A stretch of 64,000 bases of DNA from Geosiphon pyriformis uo1. Taxonomy: Eukaryota; Fungi; Glomeromycota. The stretch is from positions 623,924-687,923 of the forward strand of contig JAAOMT010000222.1 in assembly GCA_016748015.1 (NCBI GenBank), written 5' to 3'. This document shows positions 22,701 to 34,900 of this stretch, one piece after another (position 1 is the first letter of the stretch; each line of letters starts with the position of its first letter). Under the pieces are notes generated by a model that made no database searches, had not been told where the DNA came from, and worked only from the letters and a program-made list of their open reading frames with translations. The translations under genes and the position numbers were made by a program.

Positions 22701-25322
22701 GCCATCCAAGAAGATATCCACCAAATGAAAGAAGCTGAATACATTAAGTATACTATAAAATTAGCTAAATTTGATTATAAAAATGAAGTAGAAACCTACC
22801 ACCAAATTACAAGTCATACTTACTTAACCAAAGAAGCTCAAATTTAACAATTAGAGCAAATAAACATTCAATTATGTGAAAAATGTGTTATGCCTTGTAA
22901 TAACCAATGGTGTTTAGAATGCTATGCTCTTAGCATTCTCCTGCCAGATGAGAATGATAAAAATGAAATCGAATTTGGAGTACCTGAACTAATGAAAGAA
23001 CTACCAACCACTCCCATTTATCTTCTTGAAAATCAACCACCTCTACAACTTAAATATTTTGACAACTATGGCCAAGGAATAAAACCAGAAAAAGCCCACA
23101 AAATTGATGCAGGATATGACTTCAGATATCCTGGCAAAGACACTTTAGTTCTCTAACCAAAGTCCTTGACAAAAATCAATCTTAAAATCACTCTTGAAAT
23201 TTCACTTAGAGCAATGGTTCAAATTGCATCCAAATTATTATTGGCAAGCAAAGGAATCAATGTTAGAAGAGAAGTTATAGATGCAGGATATACTGGAAAC
23301 ATTATTATCATGTTGCAAAATGAAACAGACAAATCATTCAGAATTAAACATGCTGAAAAGATTACTCAAGCAATTTACCTACTTTTAATCAACATTTTGG
23401 GTTTACAATCAGTTAACAACAGAGAACAATTGGGAAAAAGTGAAAAAGGAATGCAAGTTTTTGGTTTAACTGGACGATTTACAGTACCAGTAAACATAGC
23501 TCTTAATATACAGAATAAATCTTACCAGATTCTTCAACTTCCCCAACCAATTACTATTTCACTTTTTGGTGAACATCACGAAATTTACACTTGCTCAAAA
23601 CCCACCACCACCCAACAAATTTTTGAATCCAATAAACAAATCTGTTTAAAGCATGAAATTTCAATCCTAAACGTTTATATTCCCAAAGGAATGAAAAAAT
23701 TTTGAGTTATATTCTACAACTCCAATAATTATCCTATTGTCTTATTGAACAAATTAGAGATTAGAATCATATATAGTAACATATTTCAAGATAAAAATCC
23801 TTAAACTGTTTCTAATTTCATTAAAATTATAAGACATACACTACATTCAAATTCAAACATCATTCCTACTACTGAAAACTACCACTTTTTAGAAAAAAAA
23901 CTCTCTTAAATCAACATGAATCCCTTAAAACTTCAACAAAAAAGACAATTGAAACAGCTAATAGCTGAATTTGCAGATATATTTGCAAAAGACAACAATA
24001 ACCTTAGAAAAACTGATATAGTTCAATATTAGATTTACACAGGAGATGCTCCACCAAAATAACAACAAGCCTATTGAGTTCCACCTGCTAGCCACCAATT
24101 TATCAGAAAAGAGGTCCAAAGAATGCTCAATAACGGATTAATTCAATCATCAAGAAGTCCTTGGACCTCACCAGTAGTACTTGTTAAAAAGAAAAACAGA
24201 AAAATCAGATTCTGTGTAGATTATTATTAGCTCAACAGTGTGACAATTGGAGATATCTACCCACTTTCAAGAATTAATAACATGCTAGATGCTTTAAGAA
24301 AAGCCAAGTTTTTCTCAACTTTAAACTTGGAAAGTAGATATTGACAAGTCGAAATAGACCCAAAAAAACAACCCAAAACAGCATTTACCATCCAAGAAGA
24401 AAACTATGAGTTCAATGTTATGCTTTTTAAACTCTGCAATACATCAACAACATTCCAATAACTTATAAATGTTGTATATGAAGGATTCTTGTGGCAATCA
24501 GTAGTTGTTTATCTTGATGACACTAATGTGTACTCTCCAAGCTTTGAAGCTCATCTTATTTACCTGTGAGAAGTTTTTCAATGATTATGAAAAGCAGGAT
24601 TAAAGTTGAACATTGAAAAATGTCACTTTGGAAAAACAAATTTAATTTTTCTTAGACACATTGTTAGCAAAGATGAAGTCAAACCAAATCCTGGAACAAT
24701 TAGTACTGTCAAAAACTTTCAAACACCCAAAAATACCACAGAACTATGAGGATTTGTAGGATTAGCCTTCTACTATCGAAAATTCATAAAAAAATTCTCA
24801 GAAATTGCCAAACCACTCAATTATTTTACCAACAAAAACGTGCTATACCAATGGACTGAAGAACAACAAAAAGCTTTTAAAGCCCTCAAAACAAAATTGA
24901 CAACAGCTCCAATTTTTGCTTACTCAGACTTCAACAAGCAGTTCCAATTAGCCATTAATGTCTCACATATAGCATTTGGTGTTATCTTATTACAATTAAA
25001 TGAAAATGGCCAAGAACAAGTTATTGCCTATGCCAGTAGAACACTCAAGCCAACTGAACTCAAATATGGCTCAACTGAATTAGAAGCTGCCACAGTTATT
25101 TGGGCTATTAAACATTTTTAGCAATACCTAAAAAATGGAAAAAAATTTGACATTATAACTGACAATATTGGTCTTAAATGGCTCAATAAAAAGAAAACTA
25201 AACAAAATGCCAAACAGTCTTGATGGAATGATTTCCTAGCAGACTACAAATATATTGTACACCACAAACCAAAAAAATTATACATCAATATTAATAGTCT
25301 CTCAAAAATAAGACAAAATTAA
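19720..25322 (+). pseudogene. gag-pol: Gag-PR-Cys-rich-dUTPase-RT-RNaseH polyprotein, family B copy 1
   Basis: ORF fragments 20784, 21540, 21837, 22665, 22890, 23166 and 24840 share one frame. CHYCGIPRHW knuckle at about 21138, LILDSKSA protease, VYLDDTNV at about 24508. Ends SLSKIRQN-TAA at 25320-25322. Confidence 0.92.
23050..23475 (+). pseudogene. dut: dUTPase domain, family B copy 1
   Basis: DAGYDF(L)RY, AS(R)..LASKG, VIDAGYTG, KITQ, EKGMQVFGLTG (ERGTQDFGLTG in copy 2). Confidence 0.9.
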
Positions 25323-25369
25323 TATTACCAACAATTCTATTACAACTTATTACTACCAACAAAACAACA

Positions 25370-26755
25370 ATGAATCTTATAAATTACAACAATCTTAAAA
25401 ACTATTTGGAGACTCTTACCATACCAGAAAATTGGTCTCCAAGTAAAAAACATCAATTACAACACCAATTCAAACAATATTTTATACACCACAACAAAAT
25501 CTATTACAAAAATCATAGAAACCCAAACCAACTACTCAGACTAGTACAGAAAAATAAAAAAGAAACAATCCTATACAACATGCACACAGATCTATCTTTA
25601 GCATACTTGGAAAGAGATGGAACAATTCAAAGAATTCTTGAACATTATTTTTGGCCCCACATGCAAAAAAACATTTGACAATATGTAGAATTGTGTAATA
25701 GTTGTCAAAAAAGAGGAAAAACTCGCCCCACAGAATCTTTAAATCCAATCAAAGTTGGACAATCTTTTAACAGAGTTGGAATTGATTTAGTCGGACCATT
25801 ATCTATCACAACCCAAGGAAATCAGTATATTACAGTTGTAATAGATTATCTTACCAAATGGCCTGAAGCTAGAGCCATCCAAAGAGCAAATGCAAAATCA
25901 GTAGCAAATTTTATCTATAAAGACATTATTTGTAGACATGGATGCCCAATTGAACTTTTATCTGATCAAGAAACACATTTTGTAAACAACTTAATACAAG
26001 AAATTTGTGAATGATTCAAGGTTAAAAGACCCTTATTATTACCTTATTATCCTCAAACAAATAGATTTGTAGAACATTTTAACAGAACATTGTGTGAATC
26101 TTTAGCCAAAGTCTCAACAAATTTTGAGCAAGAATAGGATATCTTTATTTCATCAGTGTTACTAGCATATAGAACACTAAAACAAGATACTATAAAACAC
26201 ACACTATTTGATCTTACTTATGGAAGAACAGCAACATTACCAATTAATTTCACAGTAGAATCATACCCAGTACAACCAATCAATAAAAAAAACTTTCAAA
26301 AAACACTTTAAAGAAGAGCCTACACTCTCCTTAGTACATTGGAAGAAAAAAAACACATAGCAGCCTTTCATATTGAACACTTTCAAGCCCTACAAAAAGA
26401 AAGACATAACAACAAACTGCTATCAATTATTAACGAATTTAAAGTTGGAAATAAAATTCTCTTACACAGAACTAAGACTGAAAAACAATAGAGTAAAAAA
26501 TTTGAACATAAATGGGATGGACTATTTTATATTCACAAAATTTTAGGCAATGAATCATACAAGTTAAAACTTGATGACAAAGTATTAGCAAAAATTGCAC
26601 ATGGAAATTGATTGAAATATTATCATTCCAAAAACAATTTTGAACCATTAATTTTACAAATTGGTACATATTTCCTTTTAATTAATTCTGAAAATATTCT
26701 CCAAAATCTAAAACCAATAATTATAATAAAACAACAACCAAACTTAAATACTTAA
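25370..26755 (+). pseudogene. Integrase, family B copy 1 (separate ORF with own ATG; no chromodomain)
   Basis: ATG at 25370 (MNLINYNNL). HHCC remnants, VGIDLVGPL, LSDQ, a GPF-like module KWDGLFYIHKIL, and a stop at 26753. Confidence 0.9.
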
Positions 26756-26951
26756 TTTAACATTTTTAATAATTTCTTCTAAAATACAAACATAAAAACA
26801 AATAATTACAAAAAACACTCAAATCCAAAAACAAATAAAAAACCCTATACCCAAAAATAATTTTCTTTATTTTTTTTTTTCTCTTCTTTATTAATTAGTC
26901 AATTTTATTATAATTATTTCCCGAAATATTCAACAAACATCTTAAAAATTA

Positions 26952-27622
26952 ATGTTAGTCTTGAAAACACTTCTTGACTTATCCATAACAATTAATGGAA
27001 GTCAAATTAATTACATTTAAAAAAAACCACAGTCCTAGTAGTAAATAATTCTCAAAACTATTATCTCTATAGAAGAAAAACAAAAAGTCACTCTGAAAAT
27101 AGGTTACCAGAACTTTTAAGACAAGCATTGAAAGAAAACCTTTTAATTGTCCCTATTGACATTCCACCAAATGCCACAATTCAACAAAAACTTCTACTAT
27201 TTTTTAACAAACAGAACAATGAACATACTCTTATATATAGATATTTTCATATTGAAAAAACACTTTATGAACGAAAACTGAAACTTGAAGCAACCAATAT
27301 CACTCCTAAGGCTATACAAAAACAAATTCACAATGAATTTAAGACAGCAGCTGAACCAATAAATACTCACTACAAACTTAGAGCAGCAGTTAGACTTTAT
27401 GATTTATTCAATATTTGTAAAAACATTCTACAAAATCCAATACTCCATCCAATAAAAATTCAATATATTGGAAAGCTCACAGAACTGAAATTTCAACAAT
27501 TTTCAGACCAGATCACTTCAATTATCTTGGACCACTATCTTAACATTACAGATAGTACTTGGACTTCGACAGAGCTCAATCTTGAGGAGGAGATTATGTT
27601 ACTAGTAGAATTTAGCTATTAA
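26952..27622 (+). pseudogene. ORF3 of unknown function in the env position, about 220 aa, ending inside the 3' LTR
   Basis: ORF 27128-27622 with homologues at 55000-55512 and 44814-45035 (minus). Crosses the PPT, stop at 27620-27622. No obvious TM segment or signal peptide. Confidence 0.75.
27584..27593 (+). promoter_or_regulatory. Polypurine tract GAGGAGGAGA, family B
   Basis: 3 nt upstream of the 3' LTR. Identical at 44654-44663 and 54870-54879 (minus). Confidence 0.9.
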
Positions 27623-28566
27623 TTAGCATAAAATTACCTTCATAATTCCTATTATTAATTAGCATATATTATTATTATTTCGATTATCACTTATTATTTA
27701 ATCAAATTATCAAATATCATTATTTAATCAATAATCTGATTTGTACTTTAGAAATTAAGATAATCAAATTACACAATACCTTGAACCATTTAACATAGTT
27801 AAAATTCGCCGAAATTAATAGAAATTGGCCGAAATAATCAATAGTTCAGTAAAATAACTTGTAGTTTGCCAAAATGTATTTTTAGTTTATTCAAATTATA
27901 GCAAAGAGAAAAGTGCAAGTTCAAAGACTAATACTACAACAAGTTGTATAAAAAAAGAGCTTCTCTCTTTAAAAAAATGTATCTTTTCATAGTATTTTAT
28001 TATAGTATTTTACTTTAAATATCTTAATTAGAACAAATCACCTTTTACACATTTAAATAAAAATTAAATATTTGAAAACCAAATCCTTAAATTATTACAC
28101 TTGAAATTCCCTCAACACAATTAACGTTTTAAAATTGATTAGCTACCAATTTCAATAATCTGTTAATGACTCCAGGCCTGGATAGAAAACGTTTCCCTTG
28201 ATAAAATCCTATTTCTCTTACATTTTTTTTATTTTTCTTTTCTTTTCTTATTATTATCATTAGAGTAGCCTACAGACAAAATTCTTGTAGAAGAGTTGAC
28301 TTTTACAGTAAAGTAATTACACATTTTTAGTGAGCTTCTAGATGAGCAATTCCTGGGAAAGAGTTAATATTTACTACAATATAACTACACAAAGTAACTG
28401 GCACAGAATTGGCTATTCCATTTATAAGCCCAACAGTTCAAATTATAGGAGATAATTTAAAGATAAATTCAGTTACTGGAGGTCCAACTACTTCTTGAGA
28501 ACATGAATTCACAGCAAATCAACATTAACAACATTCAAGAAAAGAGACCAAAAACCTTCAATAACA
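27597..28566 (+). repeat. 3' LTR, family B copy 1
   Basis: Colinear with 18706-19674 and followed by TSD ATGT. Confidence 0.97.
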
Positions 28567-30021
28567 ATGTCTTTTATAATTTTACTAATTATAAAACTCT
28601 AGTTGTTTTCTATATAACAGATTTTTGTCTATAAGCAGAATTTCTTAAATTGTTTTTTCAATTGTAATAAAAAGTATAAGTATTGTTGCTATTATGCTTT
28701 TCAACAAATATTTATATATTTTGCTATTAATTTTTTTTTTAGTAGTGGTTTTCTTAGGTTTAATAATAATATGTGTTTTACTGTTATTAATTAAGATAAT
28801 TTGTTTTCTAATAATCAAAGTAGCTTTGTATAATTTTTGATTTAATACTTATAAAAAGTATAGAAAACATTTTAAATGTTTTGATCTAGGAAATAATTGT
28901 TTATGTCAATTGAAAATACTTTTGTTTTAAAAATAGTATATTTATTTATATTTAATTTTTGTTAATTATTTAGACTGGTATTATTATAACAAATAATTAA
29001 TCAAATTATTTGTAATATTTTTTAAGTTATATGTTATAAACAAGACAATTATTAAAGATTGTTTTATATTAATTTTGTAAAATATAAGAACTATTGTTCA
29101 AAATTTTATTGACTATAAAAGATTTTTTTTATATACTAAAGAATTTATTATTATAGATATTGTTTTTGTTTAAGTAATATTCTAAAACTAAGTTATCAAT
29201 ACTTAAAAAAGTGTTTTATAAGTTTTTTTTTCTTAAGTTTTTTTTAAACCTGTTTTATCTTTTTAAAAATAATTATTTGTGCTTTTATTAAAAAATTAAA
29301 AATAGCACTAAGTTTTTTTTGCAAAATATCTTTGTAATTTTTTACCATAATTTTTTTTAAAAAGTATTGTTTTAATATTTGTTTTTATTGATAAAGTTGT
29401 TATTTGCCCATAAAGCAAATAAAAAGATTCATAACTTATTATGTTATAATTTACAGTTTTATAAAAAAACAAGACTGAAAACAGTATTTTGTTTTATAGA
29501 TTTGTTTTTTTACTGGTTTTAGTTAAAGTTTTACATAATGTTTAATTGAAATGTTCTACTAAGCTATTTGTTTAGAAATAATAAAAAGAAGAAAATTTAT
29601 AATATATTCTCATTTTTTTACATTAGTATATTAAAAAAAGTTTTTTGGAATAATCATGACAATAAATAATATCTTTATAAATAAAATTGGCTATTAAAAC
29701 TGCTGTTTGGTTTAAAGTGGCTTTTGTTTTTATCCATTTTGTAAAATAGTTGATAGCTATGATAATATATTTGTTGCAATTAAGAGTTATTGTTAAAAAT
29801 CTAATAACATCTATACTAATTTTGTCAAATAGTTAACCAACAAAGATTAAATAGATATTTTTTTTCAATTAGATTTTTTTTTTTAACAAATATTATAAGT
29901 AAAAAACTTCTTTCTCTCTTATCTCCAAAAATCCTTAAAAAGCACATTTTCTGAAAAAAGAAGTTTTTTATTTTTGCTTGTTAGTTCTTTCAACATTTCT
30001 TTAAACAATAACCTTTTCGTT

Positions 30022-31904
30022 ATGGATTTGAAGACTGCTTCGGGTGGTAATATGTCAAAAAAGAAGGCACCCAAAGGTGCTTTCCATGGTTCTGCTAGTG
30101 GTTCTTTTGCTCAGAAAAAAAAGGTGATTCTAGAGAATGTTAAACACTCTGTTGATGAGAAGGATATCTCTTTGAGTAAATCTGGGCCTAGTGGTAGTGC
30201 ATATTCTAATGTAGATAGTCTGTCTGGTGATGATGAGGATGTTGGCATAACTGGGTGAATGGAGGGTCTCATTTGGGTTCAGCTGCAACCACCCCCAAGG
30301 CAGAACGTGTTAATGCTAGTGCGATATTTGGCTCTCCGCTTGGCTCTTCTGATTTCACTATGGATGATGATGAAATTGTGCTTCTTTCTTGCTTGTCTAT
30401 CTTTCTGGAAAAAAAGTGGATTGATTCAAAGATCACTAAAACCTCTGTGGAAGTATTGGTCAGAAAGTTTTTTGCTTTGAACATTAATCTATCAGTTGTG
30501 AAAAGAAAATCAGCAACAGCCAAAACTCAATTCATCAGGAAATTATTTTTTTCAGTCAATGGTTTTGGGAGGGCCACTACCCCCTCAAAATTTGAAGGGA
30601 TCATCAGATCTACTTTCACTTCAGAAAAGAGCATGGATTTGGCTGCATCATTGGCTAAAGAAAAAGAGATCAATATAAACAGCAATCTTAAGAGACAAAA
30701 AATAAGGTCAAATCAGGCTGTAATAATTAAGGAAATTCCCATGAATATGCCTAAAGATATGATTGTCACTGCAGTATCTGAATTTGGGGAAATTAAGTTG
30801 ATCAAAATTCAATTAATTGGAATGTGGTAAAAGGCTGTGGTGGAGTTTGCTGAATTGGGTCAAGCTGAGTCATTAGCCTCAAAATGGTCTTTTCTGATTG
30901 GCAAGGACTCTGTGCGTGTAACCAAAGCAGTGGGAGATCGTAAGACTTGGGCATCTAGGAATTAATTCAAAGCACTTTTGTTTACTCTACCTGTAAGAAC
31001 AACTGCTCATAATTTGGGTATTCTTTTGGAAAGAGCTGGTGGGAAAACATGCATCATAAACAGGTCAATGGAAACTGGTAATAGGATTCACTGTGCAGTA
31101 GTCAGTTTTGCCTCTGATGATAATCTTAAATCTGTCTTTTACACATAGCCTATCTTTAATGGGGTGAAACTTTCTTGGGCTAGAATGGATTTGGTTCGCT
31201 GTAAGAAATATGGGTGTTTTGGACATTCAGCTATTAAATGTAATACACCAAATATAATCATGTTGCCATCATCTAAAAAATCATACAAAAAGGGTGCTTC
31301 AGAGGAATTTCATTTTCAGCTTGCTAAACTGTATAAAAAAAAATGTGTTCTGATATTCTGTCCTGCTGCTTTTGGTGGCAAATCTTGGGCCCAAGTAGTT
31401 TTAATCTTTAAGTTTTTTGGTAGTGCTCACTCTGAGTCTGGTCCTAGTTTATCTCTTTATAGTCTCTTGGGTCTTAGTAGTACCTCTTATCCTGAGTCTA
31501 CAGTCTTCTCTGGCTTAAGTAATTGTTTAGCAGTCTTGGAAAGATCTCTGGAACTTTTAGTGGATTAGGTGTCTGAAATCATGAAGAAGCTAAGTTTTGT
31601 GGAACTGGTGCCTCTGGCATCCAAGTCATCTGTCTCACCTTCAGTTGTTCTGGCGCCTTTGGACTCTGTTGTGGATTCAGACATAACTCTAAATAATGTG
31701 TTGGCATCTTTCATCTTTCCTCCTGTAGTTGTCATGGACACAGCTACCAATCTTAGCTTAAATAGTTCTAAGATTTTAACCTCCAAGATGGGTGGGTTAG
31801 AATCTAAGTTGGTGGCTTTAGAAGTATCAGTTGAGTTGGTTTTGAAAAAGTTGGATCGACTGTGTTCTGGTTTGGGTGTGCCAATTTCTATTATCTTTTA
31901 ATGA
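30022..31904 (+). pseudogene. LINE2 ORF1
   Basis: Homologous to LINE1 ORF1 (FFALNINLS, KEIPMNMPK, CKKYGCFGHSAIKC, LAVLERSLELL). Confidence 0.85.
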
Positions 31905-34900
31905 GTAATTTGGTCTGGAAATTTGCCACATGTAATGTCAGGGGTTTGAACAATTTGGCTAAACAAGACGATGCTATTAGATGGCATAAAGATTCTTGCA
32001 ATTTAGTTTCTGTTTTTACTGAAACTAAGCTCAAAGATCAAGCTGGACCATAGATTAAAAATAGGTTTTCTGGTGTAAAAGTTTTTAGCTCTGGAATGGA
32101 TTCTAAACATTGTGAGTCAAGGGTTACAATCGTTTTAAATGACAATCTTGCTTGTCATATATGTAAAATTTCAGAGATCTCTGGGCACCTTATTTCTGTT
32201 CATCTTCTTTTTGCCGGCAAAGCTTCTGTTATGATTTTGGGTCTGTATACTGGTGCTTCAGCTGGTGTAAGGTTTAAGTAGGCCTCTACTGTTAATGCTC
32301 TTATTGCATCAGCTATTAGCTTTAGCTCTCATGTTTTTCTCAGTAGTGATTTTAATGAGAATGGGGCCAGGCATAGTGCGAGTTTCAAAAAATGCTCAGA
32401 TTTGGGATTACTTAATGCACTTTCAGCAAGTTCTGTATCCAAGTCTCCTACATGATGCAATTCTAGAGGATAAAGAAGACTATTGATTTCATTTTTGTGA
32501 GTAATTATCTCTTGTCAGCTGTGTTTGATGGATGTGTTGGTGGAGTTTTGGATCATTTTGATACTGATCACTTGGCTGTGTTAATCTTTGTGGGGCTGGG
32601 TGGCTTTTTAGACAAGCAATTGAATACTTTGCGCAAGCTTGCAAACACAGACCATTGGAAGTTTAATTTTAGAGACTCGGATGCTGCTAAATGGGAATGT
32701 TTTAATGAGTGTGTTACTGCTAATATGTTGCTTTTGAGAGATGACTTCACTACTGTTAAGGATCTGAGTAATTTAAATGCTATGTAGAAACTTTTGGAAA
32801 GAGTGTTAACAAAGTTAGCAGACTCCATTTTTTCTAAACATTAGTACAGTATCTTTGACTGCTTTAAGAACAAACATTTGTCTAGGTTCTACCAGCTTGA
32901 ATTGTTAATTGCCAAGATAGTTAAGGCTCTGAGTGTGGGCGACTCTTTAAAAGTTGCCCATCTTGTTAAAATTTGGTCAGTTTTGGATAATATAGAATTC
33001 TCCAAAATTTCTGGTTTGCTTGATGCACGTAGCAATTTTGCTGAGGTTTTTAAACAATTGTCAGTTACTGAAAAACATTACCATAAGGCTAAGTATATTG
33101 AATCTGAGCTGGCTAAAAGTGCATCTATCAACAGAGCAATTAGTAAACACATGGATGACTTTGTTTCAGGAAAGGAAAACATGATCAATAGTATTCTAAA
33201 GTGCCCCTTTTGCAAAGTTGTCCTTAATCACTTGGTATTGGATGGTAATTTAATTCTGGAGCCAGCTGAAGTAAAGGCCAAGGTTGATGATATCATAATT
33301 AATTGAACTAGGAAATACAAAGTACCTGAATCAGTGCCTGATTTGTGGTCCCGTCAGTATGCTTCCTTGAACTATGTGGTTGACAATGCATTTTCTGGTG
33401 TGATAAATAAAATCAGGTTGGGTGATTTATGCGATGTTGTGAAGAATTTGCTGGATAGCAAAGCTGCTGGCCTTTCGGGTGTCTCGAATAAACTTTAGAA
33501 GCATAGTGGTGATTTGGTGTTGGGTTGCCTTCTGGATTTGCTAAATTTTTGTCTTGTGCATGGAGATATTTCAGCTTTGTAAAAATGCACCTGGATTTCT
33601 ATGATCCCTAAACCATACGAATGGGAAGGATGTTTTATTAATACACGGCCAATTGCTTTAATAAAAACTGCTTGTAAAATTTTGTCAAAGATTTTGTCTG
33701 ACCATATATCTGCAGCTTGCAATATATTTGATGTTCTTAGAGGTGACAATTTTTTGGTTTTAAGAGATACTTTGATTCAGTTGTCTGTATTTGTTATTGG
33801 GTTCATTATAGAAGATGTCTTGGAAAAGGGTAGGAAACTTTGGCTGGTATTGTAAAACATGCGGAAGACTTACGATTCTGTGGGATGGTTTCATCTGAGG
33901 TTTAGTTTAAGGTGCATTAAGATGTAGAATAGGTTTATCAAATTTTTTAAGAATATCTATTTGAACAGAACCAACAGAGTTATAACAGATTTTGGTCTTT
34001 TTGATGGTTATAAGGTGTTAGATGGATTTGACCAAAGCGAAATGTTTTCTCCACTTCTTTGGAGAATCTTTTATGATCCTCTTTTGTGTAAAATCAAAAG
34101 TCAAGAACACTTGTGTGAATACAGAATTGACTCAAGACTTGTTGCTAAGTTGGGCAGAGTAGAATCACAAGCAAAGATGACATCTTTCTTTGCTGTTAGG
34201 GCTTTTGTGGATGATACAATCTGGGTAAGCAGTAGTCAAGCTGTTACTCAACATATTTTGAACATTACAAGTGAGTTTTTTGCTCTCAATAATATTTTTA
34301 TAAACACAGAAAAGACTGTCACCATTCCTCTTAATCAAAGAATGAAGGACATTTCCTTGACCATTAGTGGCACACCAATTGCTGTGGCCAAAAAGGGTGA
34401 ATCTTATCATTATTTAGGCATTTTTTTATCCACGGAAGGGCTTTCAAAGCTGAGTTTGCTGAAGGCACATTCGGATGTGCACTTCTTCTCTAATGTGGTT
34501 TTGTGTAAAGCTATATCTGATAAACAATTCTGCTATCTGGTGTCATTTGTCCTGCAACCTATTGTCAGCTACAGAACCCAGTTCAGCTTTATTCCTAGTG
34601 CAGTTTGCTCTAGATGGAATGCTATTATTAGAAGAGGTTTAAAGTTTAAGGTGCATCTCCCTTATGATTTTCTTATGGCTGCATTGTCACATCCTTCATT
34701 TTATGGCATCAAAACATTTGCCCAGATACAGTCTGAGAGTAAGTCATCTTCCATCATTAATTTTGTGAATGCTCCAGGTATTTTGGGGCAACTTTTCATT
34801 CATAAGAGTTTGAATTTGCAAGTTGTCAGCTGGTTACTTGTTCATTTATTATGCTGTTCTATCAGATTGCAGATCAATTCTAGGAATAATTTTTTAGCCG

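Larger units (their letters stand above)
18706..28566 (+). mobile_element. Full-length Ty3/Gypsy family B, copy 1 (9.86 kb)
   Basis: LTRs 18706-19674 and 27597-28566, 4-bp TSD ATGT/ATGT, PBS, PPT, and gag-PR-Cys-dUTPase-RT-RH, IN and ORF3. Confidence 0.97.

Noticed and set aside
25367-25373. ATGA stop-start overlap at the B integrase start
   Set aside because: Copy 2 reads ATAGAT, so the ancestor was probably ATGGAT. The TGA is a G>A artefact, and the pol frame has already stopped at 25320.
26952-27622. env gene
   Set aside because: Short, hydrophilic and basic, with no signal peptide, TM helix or Cys pattern of a fusogen.
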